A stretch of DNA of 32,000 nt from assembly GCF_018389705.1 (NCBI RefSeq), contig NZ_CP065581.1:990001-1022000 (forward strand), read 5' to 3'. Positions 18,898 through 28,958 of this stretch are shown piece by piece. The translations under genes and the position numbers were made by a program. The notes under the pieces are model-generated. The model saw nothing but the letters and a program-made list of their open reading frames with translations. It searched no databases and had not been told where the DNA came from. Numbering within the stretch: the first letter of the stretch is position 1; each line of letters opens with the position of its first letter. Origin of the DNA: Mycoplasma mycoides subsp. capri (lineage in GTDB: Bacteria; Bacillota_I; Bacilli_A; Mycoplasmatales; Mycoplasmataceae).

Positions 18898-20785
18898 AAT
18901 TATCGATATTTTCTAATGGATACTGCTTTTTTAAATAAAATAATAGCATTTGAATATCAGCTGGATTAACTCCAGTAATTCTTGAAGCTTGTCCAATATT
19001 TAAAGGTCTAATTTTTTCTAATTTATCTTTTGCTTCTGTTGCTAAATTATCAACTTTAGAATAATTAATATCTAAAGGAATTTTTTTACGTTCTAATTTA
19101 ACTAATTTATCAACTAATTGACGCTCTTTTTTAACATAACCTTCAAATCTAATTTCAATTACTATTGATTGTAATTGATTAGTTTTTAATTTTTGTAAAC
19201 TTGGGATAAATTCAATTAATTCATTAATATCAACTGTTGGAATTTTAATAATTTCATAACCACTATATCCATGAGATAAATCAGCTTGATTTTTATTTTT
19301 TAAATTTAATGCTAATTGAGATTTTGGTGTAAATCTAATTTCTTTTAATTCTTTGATAGCTTCTTCAATTTCTTTAACATAAATTAAATATTGGTTTCAT
19401 TCTTGATCACTGATTAATCCAATTTCTCTTCCATATTGTTTTAATCTAGTTTCGGCATTATCATTTCTTAATAATAATCTATGTTCTGCTCTACTTGTTA
19501 ATAATCTATAAGGTTCTCAAACACCTTTATTAATTAAATCATCAATCATAACACCAATATAAGCTTCGTCTCTTCTTAAAATAATTGGATCTAATCCATC
19601 TATTTTTCTAGAAGCATTAATACCAGCTATTAATCCTTGTCCAGCAGCTTCTTCATATCCACTAGTTCCATTAATTTGTCCAGCAGTAAATAAGTTTTTA
19701 ACATCTTTTAATTCTAAACTAGGAGATAATTGAATTGGATCTATACAATCATATTCAATCGCATAAGCTCAATGTTTTACTCTAACATTTTCAAATCCAG
19801 GTAGTGATTTTAACATCATTTCTTGAACTTCAATAGGCATTGAAGTTGAAAATCCTTGAACATATCAAGTATCTCCATTTAAAGTTTCAGGTTCAATAAA
19901 AATTTGATGAGTATCTTTTTCTTTAAATCTGACAACTTTATCTTCAAAGCTAGGACAATATCTTGGTCCAATTGATTCAACAGTTCCTGAATACATTGCA
20001 GATTTTTCTAAATTGTCTTCAATTATTTTTTTAGTCTCTAAAGTTGAATGAATTAAATAACAAGGTTGTTGTTTTTCTATTGGAGTATAGGTATTTGTTG
20101 AAAAGCTAAAAGCTAGTTTCATATCAGTTCCTGGTTCAAGAACAGCATTACTCAAATCAACTGAATCTCTATAAACTCTAGCAGGAGTTCCGGTTTTAAA
20201 TCTCATCAATTTGATTCCCAAATCAATTAGAGATTTACTTATTCCCTTAGTTGTTTTTTCATTATTAGGTCCTGATTCATATCTATCAACACCTTTTAAA
20301 ATTTCAGATTTTAAATAAGTTCCAGTTGTAATGATTACTGCTTTAGCATTTAAAATAGTTTGATCATCTAAATAAATACCTGTAACAGTTTTATTTTCAT
20401 CATAAACTAAACCAGTGCATGCTCTTGTAATTAAATCTAAATTTTTTTGATTTTTAATTACATTTCTCATATATTTAGAATATTCTTCTTTATCTGATTG
20501 CACTCTTAATGCTCATACACCAGGTCCTCTTGAAGAATTAAGTAATTTAGTTTGTAAAGCAGTAGCATCAGCGGCTTTGGCCATTTCTCCACCAAGTGCA
20601 TCAATCTCTCTAACTACTATTCCTTTAGCAGGACCACCAACACTTGGATTACATGGCATTGTTGCAATTTTATCTTCATACAAGTTAATTAAAGCTGTTT
20701 TTTTATTTAATCTAGCACTAGCTAAAGCAGATTCAACTCCTGCATGACCTCCACCTACAACAATTACATCATAATTACTTTTCAT
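18896..20785 (-). CDS. mnmG: tRNA uridine 5-carboxymethylaminomethyl modification enzyme MnmG (GidA)
   Basis: FAD motif [20 protein letters not shown]. Pieces are joined by TGA. The C-terminus is [34 protein letters not shown] with the TAA at 18896-18898. RBS AAAGGGTGA. 629 aa. Confidence 0.95.
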
Positions 20786-20892
20786 ACCAAATCACCCTTT
20801 AATCTATTCATTAATAATATTATATTTCCAATCAAATTTTAAAGCACTATATATTATTGCATAATTTATTATAATTCCACTAAAATAGAAAA

Positions 20893-20921
20893 TAAAAAAA
20901 GTTCAACATTTGTGTTGAACT
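20893..20921 (-). terminator. Rho-independent terminator of the nox-symporter operon
   Basis: AGTTCAACA (20900-08) pairs with TGTTGAACT (20913-21). A U7 run follows on the minus transcript. Confidence 0.65.
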
Positions 20922-20932
20922 CAGGTTATTAA

Positions 20933-22510
20933 TTAATTTTTAACTTCTACTTTATTAGTTTGTTGAGCTTCTTTTATTTCTGGTTTTGATTTCTTTTCTC
21001 TAATTATTTTTTGTTTTTCTAGTTGTTGTTTAGATAGAATTGTTGATTCTTCACCAATTAATCCTTCACTTTTTGCAACAATTGTAGTAACTACAGCTCC
21101 TGAAGTAACATTAACTCCAGTTCTTCCCATATCAAATAATCCATCTAATGAACCAACTATTGCATAAACTGGAGCAAATCAAACTCCTAAACCTAAACCA
21201 GATAAAACACCTGATGTAAGAACAGTTGCAGTTCCTGGAATTCCACTAATTCCTAAAGAAGCAATTAAGGTAATAACAAAGGCTAGTATAAAGAATGTAA
21301 ATAATCCCATATTGTGAAAATCAGCATTAACTGCACCAGTTCATAATAAACTAGTAATAACTCCAGATTGAACTCCAGCACATCCCATTAATCCCATTGT
21401 TGTTGATAATGGAACGACTGTTGATACTGCCGAATCATCTATTTTAATTTCATCTTTTAATGTTTCAATACTCATTGGTAAAGTAGCATTTGAAGATTGT
21501 GTTGCAAATCCTTGAATTAAAATTTTAAATGATAATTTTCATCAAGCAATAACATTAACTTTATTTACAAATAATAAGAATGTTAAGAATAGTAATGAAA
21601 TAGTTAACCCTAAATATCCTAGTCCTAAAACTTTTCCAATTGTTGCTAGTGCTCCAATTGGTTTAGAAATAACTGATGAAGCAATCATTGACATAACTGC
21701 TAAAGGCATTATTTTCATAAATGTCATTAGTATTGAAATAACAATGTTTCAAGCAACATCCATTCCTTTTCTAATAGCATCCATTTCAGCAGGTTTTTTC
21801 TTAGATAAAATTTTTACTGAATTTCCAATTAATCCTGCAATTACCATTAAAGGAATTACCATTGATCCAAGTCATGGTTGAATAAAGTTATTTGGTAAAT
21901 ATTCTCAAACTATTTTAGGAAGTGGTTGAGTTTCTTTTGGTGCATTTTTTACAATAGAATGATCTAAAGATAATCCAGATCCAGCACCAACTTTTATTAA
22001 ATAACCCAATCAGAATGTAATTACAAATGCAAATGCAGTATTTAATAATAATAAACCTACACCTTTTAATGAAATACGTCCAACATTTTTATTACCTTTT
22101 TTTGATGTAACTCTAAAAATTGCAATAAACACAACTGGAGCTGTTAATAATAAAATACCATTAATAAAAATATTTTTTGCTAAAGAAATTCATATATCTA
22201 ATTGATATACTCACAATCTAAAATCAGGGTTGATTTTTTCTATTTTTTCACCATTATTTTTAATTTCTGTTGGTAAATTCTTATTAACTAATCCATTTTG
22301 TGGAAATTTGTAAATAGCTTGAATAATAATTCCAAATACTAAACCAATTGCTAATCCAATTAAAACTCTATAAATGAATTTAAATTTAAATTTTTTAAAT
22401 GTAAACCATAAACCAATTTGAATTCCGATAAATATAATAATAGCAATAGCCGCTTGTCAACTTCCAATTGCTAAGAATTTATCTAATAAAACATTAGTCT
22501 TATCTTGCAT
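20933..22510 (-). CDS. DAACS-family (dicarboxylate/amino acid:cation) symporter, GltP/TcyP-like
   Basis: ATG at 22510. Pieces 20933..21130 and 21542..21727 are in frame. Family motifs ATQSSNATLPMS and LFDMGRTGVNVTSG are present. 525 aa, with an extra loop after TM2 and a 40-aa Lys/Glu-rich C-terminal tail. Confidence 0.8.
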
Positions 22511-22529
22511 TTTTTATGTATTTCTCCTA

Positions 22530-23873
22530 TTAATTTTTAATAAGTTTTTCTAAAGCAATGTGAATAATATCTACAACTCTAGAAAATGGTGGTGAATATG
22601 GTAAATCAACTTGAGTTAATTCTTGATTAATTTCAATTTGATTTCAAATCAATGAAATTAAGAAATTAATTCTTAATACAGATAAATTAGATCCATACAT
22701 TTGAGCACCAATTAATGTATTTGTTTTTTTATTTAAAATTAGTTTTAAAGCAAGCGGCGTTGGGTTTGGATAATATGATGGATGATCAGCATCTTTAATA
22801 AAAATAGTTTTTATATCATATCCTAATTCTTTAGCTAAAGTTTCATTAACTCCAGTAGCAACTAATTCTGATTCAAATACTTTTAAAATCGCGGTTTGTA
22901 AAGTTCCAACAAATTCGCTATTAACATTTAAAATATCATCAGCTACAACTTTAGCAAATTTTCTAGCAACTGTTGCTAGTGGAGTATAAGTAATTTGGTT
23001 AGTAATTTTATGATAAACAGTAGCACAATCACCACAAGATCATATATTTTTTAAATTTGTTCTTCCATGTTTATCAACAACAATAGCTCCATTACCTAGC
23101 ATTTCTAATTTTGTATCTTTTAAAAACTCAGTTGCTGGTCTAAATCCAATAGCTAAAATTATTAAATCAACTTCAATTTCTTCATTTTGATCTAAGGTTA
23201 AGCTTAATCTTTTATCTTTAGTTTGAGTTATTGATTTTAACCCATTTTCTTTAATAATTTCAACATTGTTTTTGATTAAGTTTTGCTCTAATAAATCAGT
23301 GATTTCTTGATCAAACACTCTTTGATTTAATCTACTAGTTTTTTCAATTAAAACTATTTCTTTATTAAAGTGTTCTAACATTTCACAACACTCTAAACCA
23401 ATAAATCCTGAACCAATTACTGCTACTTTTTTAATATTTTTGTCTTTTAGCTTTTCTTTTAATTCAGTTGCATCTTCTAATCTTGTTAAAGTAAAAATAT
23501 TTGGTAAATCAATTCCTTTAATTGGTGGAACTATAGGCTTTGCACCTGTTGAGATTACTAATTTATCATAGTCTAACTCTAGTAATTGATCATTTTTTTC
23601 ATATCAAACTTTTTGATTCTCAGCATCAATTTTTTTAACAACTGATTCACTATAAACTAAAATGTCTTGTTCTATAAATTGTTCTACAGTTCTTGCTAAT
23701 AAATCAGTTGGTTTTAAAGATGGATTAGCTACAAAATAAGGTAAACCACAAGCTCCTAGTGAAACGTATTTTTCTTTTTGAATAACAATTATTTGGGCTT
23801 TTTTATCAGCTTTTTTTAGTCTGCTTGCAACTGTCATTCCACTAGCTGCTCCACCTATAATTACAATTTTCAT
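22530..23873 (-). CDS. nox: NADH oxidase / single-cysteine pyridine nucleotide-disulfide oxidoreductase
   Basis: KIVIIGGAASGMTVASRL (FAD-binding GxGxxG) plus VSLGACGLPYF (redox-active Cys context of the Nox/Npx/Cdr group). The second dinucleotide fold is KKVAVIGSGFIGLEC. 447 aa. The stop lies 19 nt upstream of the symporter ATG. Confidence 0.8.
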
Positions 23874-23949
23874 ACTAGCCTTTCTTATAAAAATTGAATT
23901 AAAATTATTAAATATAAAAATAAAAATTCTCTATTTTTGCACAAATTAA

Positions 23950-23976
23950 AATAAGAAAAAAACTAATTTTCTTATT
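23950..23976. promoter_or_regulatory. 10-bp inverted repeat in the nox/pncA divergent intergenic region
   Basis: AATAAGAAAA (23950-59) and TTTTCTTATT (23967-76) are separated by a 7-nt spacer. No gene ends here, so it could be an operator. It could also be chance in AT-rich DNA. Confidence 0.25.
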
Positions 23977-24090
23977 AAAATAATTCAAAACTAAATATTT
24001 TTTATATTAATATTATTTATAAAATAATAATTTAATCTATTTAAATTATATAATCAGAACTTAATTATTAATGCTAAGAAAGTACTATTT

Positions 24091-24591
24091 ATGAAATCTA
24101 AAAATAAAAATAAAGCATTAATTATTGTAGATTATCAATATGATTTTTGTGATCCTAATGGTAGTTTATATGTAAAAAATGCTTATACATTAAAACCTAA
24201 AATTGAAAAATTGGCAAAAGAATTAAAGTCTCAAGGTTGAACAATTATTGCAACTAAAGATTTTCATCCAATTGATCATTGTTCTTTTAAAATTTGAAAT
24301 AAACATTGTGTACAAAATACTAAAGGTAGTGAACTTTATTTTGATTATAGTGATGTTGATTTAATTATTGAAAAAGGCGTTAATAAAGATATTGAAAGCT
24401 ATAGTGGCTTTTTTGATGATGCTAATAACTCAAATGGATTAGATGAATATTTAAAATCAAAAAACATAGACACTTTAAAAATAGTTGGTGTTGCTACTGA
24501 AATTTGTGTAAAAGCTAATTATGATGACGCTATTAAATTAGGTTATGATGTTGAGGTTGATTTAGAATATTGCAAAGGTTTTACTGACTAG
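24091..24591 (+). CDS. pncA: Isochorismatase-family amidase, nicotinamidase/pyrazinamidase-like
   Basis: ALIIVDYQYDF (Asp), ATKDFHP (Lys) and VGVATEICV (Cys) form the catalytic triad pattern. Two internal TGA codons. TAG at 24589-24591. 166 aa. Confidence 0.75.
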
Positions 24592-24780
24592 AATTATATT
24601 GTTTTATCTTTTAATTAATTGATCAATTTTAATGTTTTGCTATGAAATCAAAAATAAATCAAATTTTTTATAGCCTAATTTTTTAATTTTTCTGATATTT
24701 TTATGATTTATAATCTCATTTTATATAATAAAAACGGAAAAAATTTATCTATTTTATAACACAAACTCTAGGAGAGAATA

Positions 24781-26109
24781 ATGAAAAATAAACATATCAG
24801 ACTACTAGCAAAACTTGGAGTTTTATTTTCTGTTGCATCACTTCCATTAGTTGTTGTTTCATGTAAAACTTCAAATTCTAATAACAATAAACCTAATAAT
24901 AATCAACAAAAACAATTAAGTAAAATTGATATTTCAAGTTTTAAAGGTAAAATTGAACCAAAAAATGAGTGAAATAAAGAAAATGTTTTACAAGCATTAC
25001 TAAAAATAAATGGACTAGATAAATTAACTGAAAATGATTTTGAATTTAGTATTAAGAAAGCTAATTTATTACATAATGGAAAACTAGTAATTAAATCTAA
25101 AGACGATTCTAAAATTATAAAAGGTGAACTAAGTTTAGAAATTAAAAAACTAGATAAAGTTAAAAAGGTTGAAACAAAATATAATGATAATAAAACTGAA
25201 GTTTTAGAAATTGGTTATGATGAAAATGGAAAAATTTCTAGGTTTGCTGAAACTGTTAAAAAAGTTCCTGAAAAACTACCAGAAGAAATTATTAATTTAG
25301 ATGATGCTTTTAGAAAAAATCAATCTAATACAATTGAGAATCTTGATAAATGAGACACATCTAATATAGTAAGTATGTCAGCAATGTTTCAAAATGCTAA
25401 GAATTTTAGTCAAGATTTATCAAATTGAAATACAGAAAGTGTAACTGATATGAGTTATATGTTTAATGGTGCAAATAAATTCAATGGTAATTTATCAAAT
25501 TGAAATACAAAAAATGTAAAAAATATGTGAAGTTTATTTGAAGATACTAAAGAATTTGACCAAGATATTTCTAACTGAGATGTAAGTAATGTTGAAAACA
25601 TGAAAAGTATGTTTAAGAACGCATCAAAATTTAATAAGTCACTTTCAAATTGAAATCTAAAGAGTATAAAAACACTAGATTCTATGTTTTTTGGTGCTTC
25701 TGAATTTAATAGCGATATCTTCAAACTAGAAAATAATCTAGTAACTGATATGAGTTATATGTTTTATCAAGCTAAAAAATTTAATAAGTCTTTAGATTGA
25801 GATATATCAAAAGTAACTAATATGAATAGTATGTTCAATAACGCTCATAGTTTTAATCAAAATATAACTAATTGAAATGTTTCAAATGTTAAAACTATGA
25901 AAAGTATGTTTAGTGATGCACATTCATTTAGTCAAGATATAAAAGATTGAAAAGTTGATAAAGTAACTGATATGGAGCGTATGTTTCAAAATGCAAGAAG
26001 CTTTAATAGAAATATTTCGAATTGAAACGTAAAAAGCGTAAAAACATATGATCACTTTAGTATACACTTAAAAAATGAATATAAACCTCAATTTGGAAAA
26101 AATAAATAA
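24781..26109 (+). CDS. Lipoprotein with DUF285 (BspA-like, mycoplasma repeat) domain
   Basis: Strong RBS TAGGAGAG. The signal peptide has the lipobox LVVVSC. The track ORF stops at a TGA at 24970 and reads on to the TAA at 26107-26109. 442 aa. Confidence 0.85.
25351..26049 (+). repeat. Ten tandem 75-nt (25-aa) DUF285 repeat units
   Basis: The unit-initial TGA (Trp) recurs at 25351, 25426, 25501, 25576, 25651, (Leu at 25726), 25798, 25873, 25948 and 26023. The unit consensus is W-[DN]-x-S-x-V-x-x-M-x-x-M-F-x-x-A-x-x-F-N-x-x-[IL]-S-N. Confidence 0.85.
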
Positions 26110-26189
26110 TCTAATTATTAAATAATATGAAATAAATAAAACCTGTAATTTTTAAAATATAATAAAAATTTAATTATTATATATTCCAT

Positions 26190-26222
26190 TAAAACTCATT
26201 TGTTCAAACAAATGAGTTTTTT
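26190..26222 (+). terminator. Rho-independent terminator of the lipoprotein gene
   Basis: AAAACTCATTTGT (26190-26202) pairs with ACAAATGAGTTTT (26207-26219), loop TCAA, followed by a T-run. Confidence 0.75.
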
Positions 26223-26316
26223 ATTAGAATTTTTTTTATAAAGAATTAAGAGAGTAAATATTTAAATCTACTAATTATTAAATGATATTATACAAGTAGA
26301 AATTAAGTTAAAAGTT

Positions 26317-27540
26317 ATGTTAGTAGAAACAAGCAAGAAAAATAAACAAGTTATCTTTAATTTAAAAAACTCAAAGTATCATTCATCATATTTCATTTAT
26401 ATTTGTGTCGGAATTTTATTTATATTAGGATTAATAGCTTTAATATTTTCAACACCTTATAAAAACGATTTTAAACTTTCTCAATTTTTTGAAAAAATAA
26501 CAAATTATGAATTAGGTAAATGATGAGCAAGAGGAACAGAATTAATTGGAGATACCCAAGTACTTATTTATTATCTTGCATTATTTATGATAGCTATTGA
26601 GTGCTTTTTTGCTTATAAAAAACAAAATAAAAAAGTGTTCTTTATTAAGCATTACTATTTAGTAAAAATAATTTATATATTAATTTTATTTACAATTATA
26701 TCAATAGCCATTTTTCGTATTTATAAAGTTTATAACTTTGATAACGGATTTGGAAAGTATGGTGATTTGGTATTTCAAGATACTATAATCTATAGACAAA
26801 TACTAACTACACTTATTCTTGTTTATCAAGTTATTATTTTGAGTTTATTTTTTTATACAATACATTTTAAATTAGCAAAAAGATCTGATATTTTAACTAA
26901 TAAATATTTTAGTAAGTCTATTAAAATTTTAATTATAGGTCCTTTTTTACTAACTGTTATTACTTTGATAAAAGGAATGACTTCTCGTCCTTATTATTGA
27001 AATGTAATTTTTGCAGATCTACTAAATAAAATGTCTAAAACTCATCCAGAATTTGTAACTTATTATTTAAAACAAGAAAATTTTCAACTAGGTTTTTTAG
27101 CCAGTTCATCAGATTTTAAACAATACGATTTTTTAAAACTAGTTGATATTAATCAAATTAAAAATATGTATTTTTCTAATGCAAATTCAACTGATAACTG
27201 AGCTTGATATGTATCTAATGGATTTTTTAATCCATCAAAATATACTTGTCAATTTACTTATTATCAAGAATGAGCGTTTCCATCAGGACATGCTTGTCAA
27301 ACTATGGTGGTTGGTTATGCTTGATATTCGATTTTTATTGCTGATAAGAAGTTAACTACTAAAAAATTAATGTTTTGTTTTGTTTATTTATTGTTTTTAA
27401 TTTCAATGAGTTTTGCTTTAGTTACTACTAGAGGGCATTGAGTTAGTGATGTTGCTTTTTCTTATGTTTTTACAATTCCTTTAATAGTTATTGTTGAAAT
27501 AATTTATAAAAAATTAAGTATAAAATACTTTAAAATTTAA
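26317..27540 (+). CDS. PAP2-superfamily phosphatase with extended N-terminal membrane domain (paralog 1, intact)
   Basis: I verified the whole frame codon by codon from 26998 to 27540. The three PAP2 motifs are KGMTSRPY, FPSGHA and TRGHWVSDV. 407 aa. Confidence 0.8.
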
Positions 27541-27670
27541 AATGTTTTACTGATTGATTATGAATTAAATATGTTGTTTTTTATTCTCAAATATAAACCA
27601 ATAATTATTAGCAGCAAATATTTTAAAATTTGATAAATAAAAACAAAAAGTTGTATTTATAATATTTATT

Positions 27671-28877
27671 ATGACAAATACATTACCTAAAAAAGATGCG
27701 ATCAGTACTGAGTTTAAATTAAAACAACAAAAAACATTTTCTTTTAAGCCTATATTTATTAGTCTTATTATTATTTATGTTCTAGCTGTTATTAGTTTAA
27801 TATTTTCAACACCTTATAAATATGATTTTAAACTTTCTCAATTTTTTGAAAAAGGTTTAAAATTTGAAATAGTTAAATACTGATCAATGTGATATGAAAT
27901 AGTTGGAGATACTGAAATAATTATTGTTTATTTATCTGTAGCTATGATATTAATTGAAAGTTTTTTTAGATGAAAAACTATAAATAATCAAATTAACTTT
28001 TGATCAAAAAATAAATGAATATTAAAAGCAATTTATATCATAATAATCATTAGCTGATTAATTCAAGTTATTATAAAAAACATTAAAACATTTAATCAAG
28101 ATAATGGATTTGGTAGTAGTGGTGATGCTGTTTTATTAGATAGTAATATTTATCGTAATTCAGGAAACGTATTAGTTAGTGTTATTCATACAATTTTACT
28201 AATTAGTGTATTTTATTGAATTCATTTTAAACTTGCTAGATCTAAAGATTTTTTAATTAATCAATATTGAATTGATGCTTTAAAAGTTTTAATAGTAGTA
28301 TTAGTTTCAACAAGTACAGTTATTTTAAAAGGAATGACTTCAAGACCGTTTTATTATAATGTTATTTATAATGACTTATTAGAACAAGTAAAATTAAATG
28401 GAAATAATCATTGAGTTGAACATTACTTAAATCAAGATGTTTTTAAACATGGATTTTTAGATATTAAAACTAATAAATATTATAGCTAATTCAACAACCG
28501 ATTGACCTTGATATGTATCTAATGGTTTTTTTAATCCATCAAAATATACTAATCAATTTAATTATTGACATGAATGAGCATTTCCGTCAGGTCATGTTGC
28601 TGCTAGTTTAGTATTAGGTTATGTTTTATACTTATTTATAACTAAAAACAATAAGATTACTTATAAGACACTAATTATACTAGGTATTTATTTATTACAT
28701 TTATTTTCAATGAGTTTTGCTTTAGTTGTTAATAGGGGTCATTGAGTTAGTGATATTACTTTTTCTTATGTGTTTTATATTCCTTTAATAGTTGTTATAA
28801 ATGTGTATTCTAAAAATTGAATATTAAAAATAACTGAATTTATTAATAAAAAATTAAATAGTAAAAAAGGTTGTTAA
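27671..28877 (+). pseudogene. PAP2-superfamily phosphatase paralog 2, split by a single frameshift
   Basis: The frame from the ATG at 27671 carries motif 1 (KGMTSRPF) and ends at the TAA at 28487-28489. Motifs 2 and 3 (FPSGHV, NRGHWVSDI) continue in the next frame (open from 28461) to the TAA at 28875-28877. Removing one nt near 28485-28488 (tatagcTaattca) restores KYYSNSTTDWPWYVS, colinear with paralog 1 MYFSNANSTDNWAWYVS. Confidence 0.7.
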
Positions 28878-28889
28878 ACAACCTTTTTT
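28863..28889. terminator. Bidirectional-looking terminator between convergent genes
   Basis: AAAAGGTTG (28865-73) pairs with CAACCTTTT (28879-87), loop TTAAA, with an A-run upstream and a T-run downstream. It overlaps the PAP2-2 stop and lies 70 nt from the coiled-coil gene stop. Confidence 0.65.
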
Positions 28890-28958
28890 AATGATTATTA
28901 AATTATTAGAATGAATAAATTTATTAATTTATATATTTTATAAACAATTAGAAAACGA

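Noticed and set aside
17873-18900. The DUF3800-sRNA islet as a mobile element or prophage remnant
   Set aside because: I could find no integrase, transposase, flanking direct or inverted repeats, or tRNA attachment site. Only the strand switch and the gene decay hint at accessory origin.
18692-18969. ORFs 18692..18889 (GTG start) and 18736..18969 as small proteins
   Set aside because: They have no RBS. They span the sRNA terminator hairpin and run into the mnmG terminator. The GC-rich helical structure argues for RNA rather than coding sequence.
24617-24628. Palindrome AATTGATCAATT downstream of pncA as a terminator
   Set aside because: The stem would have no loop and there is no following T-run. 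It is most likely a chance palindrome in AT-rich DNA.
25455-25724. Minus-strand ORF inside the DUF285 lipoprotein gene
   Set aside because: It is antisense to a well-supported repeat-containing CDS and is a low-complexity mirror of the repeats.
27143-27355. Plus-strand ORF in a different frame within PAP2 paralog 1
   Set aside because: It is out of frame with the motif-bearing reading frame that I verified codon by codon. It is an artefact of standard-code translation.
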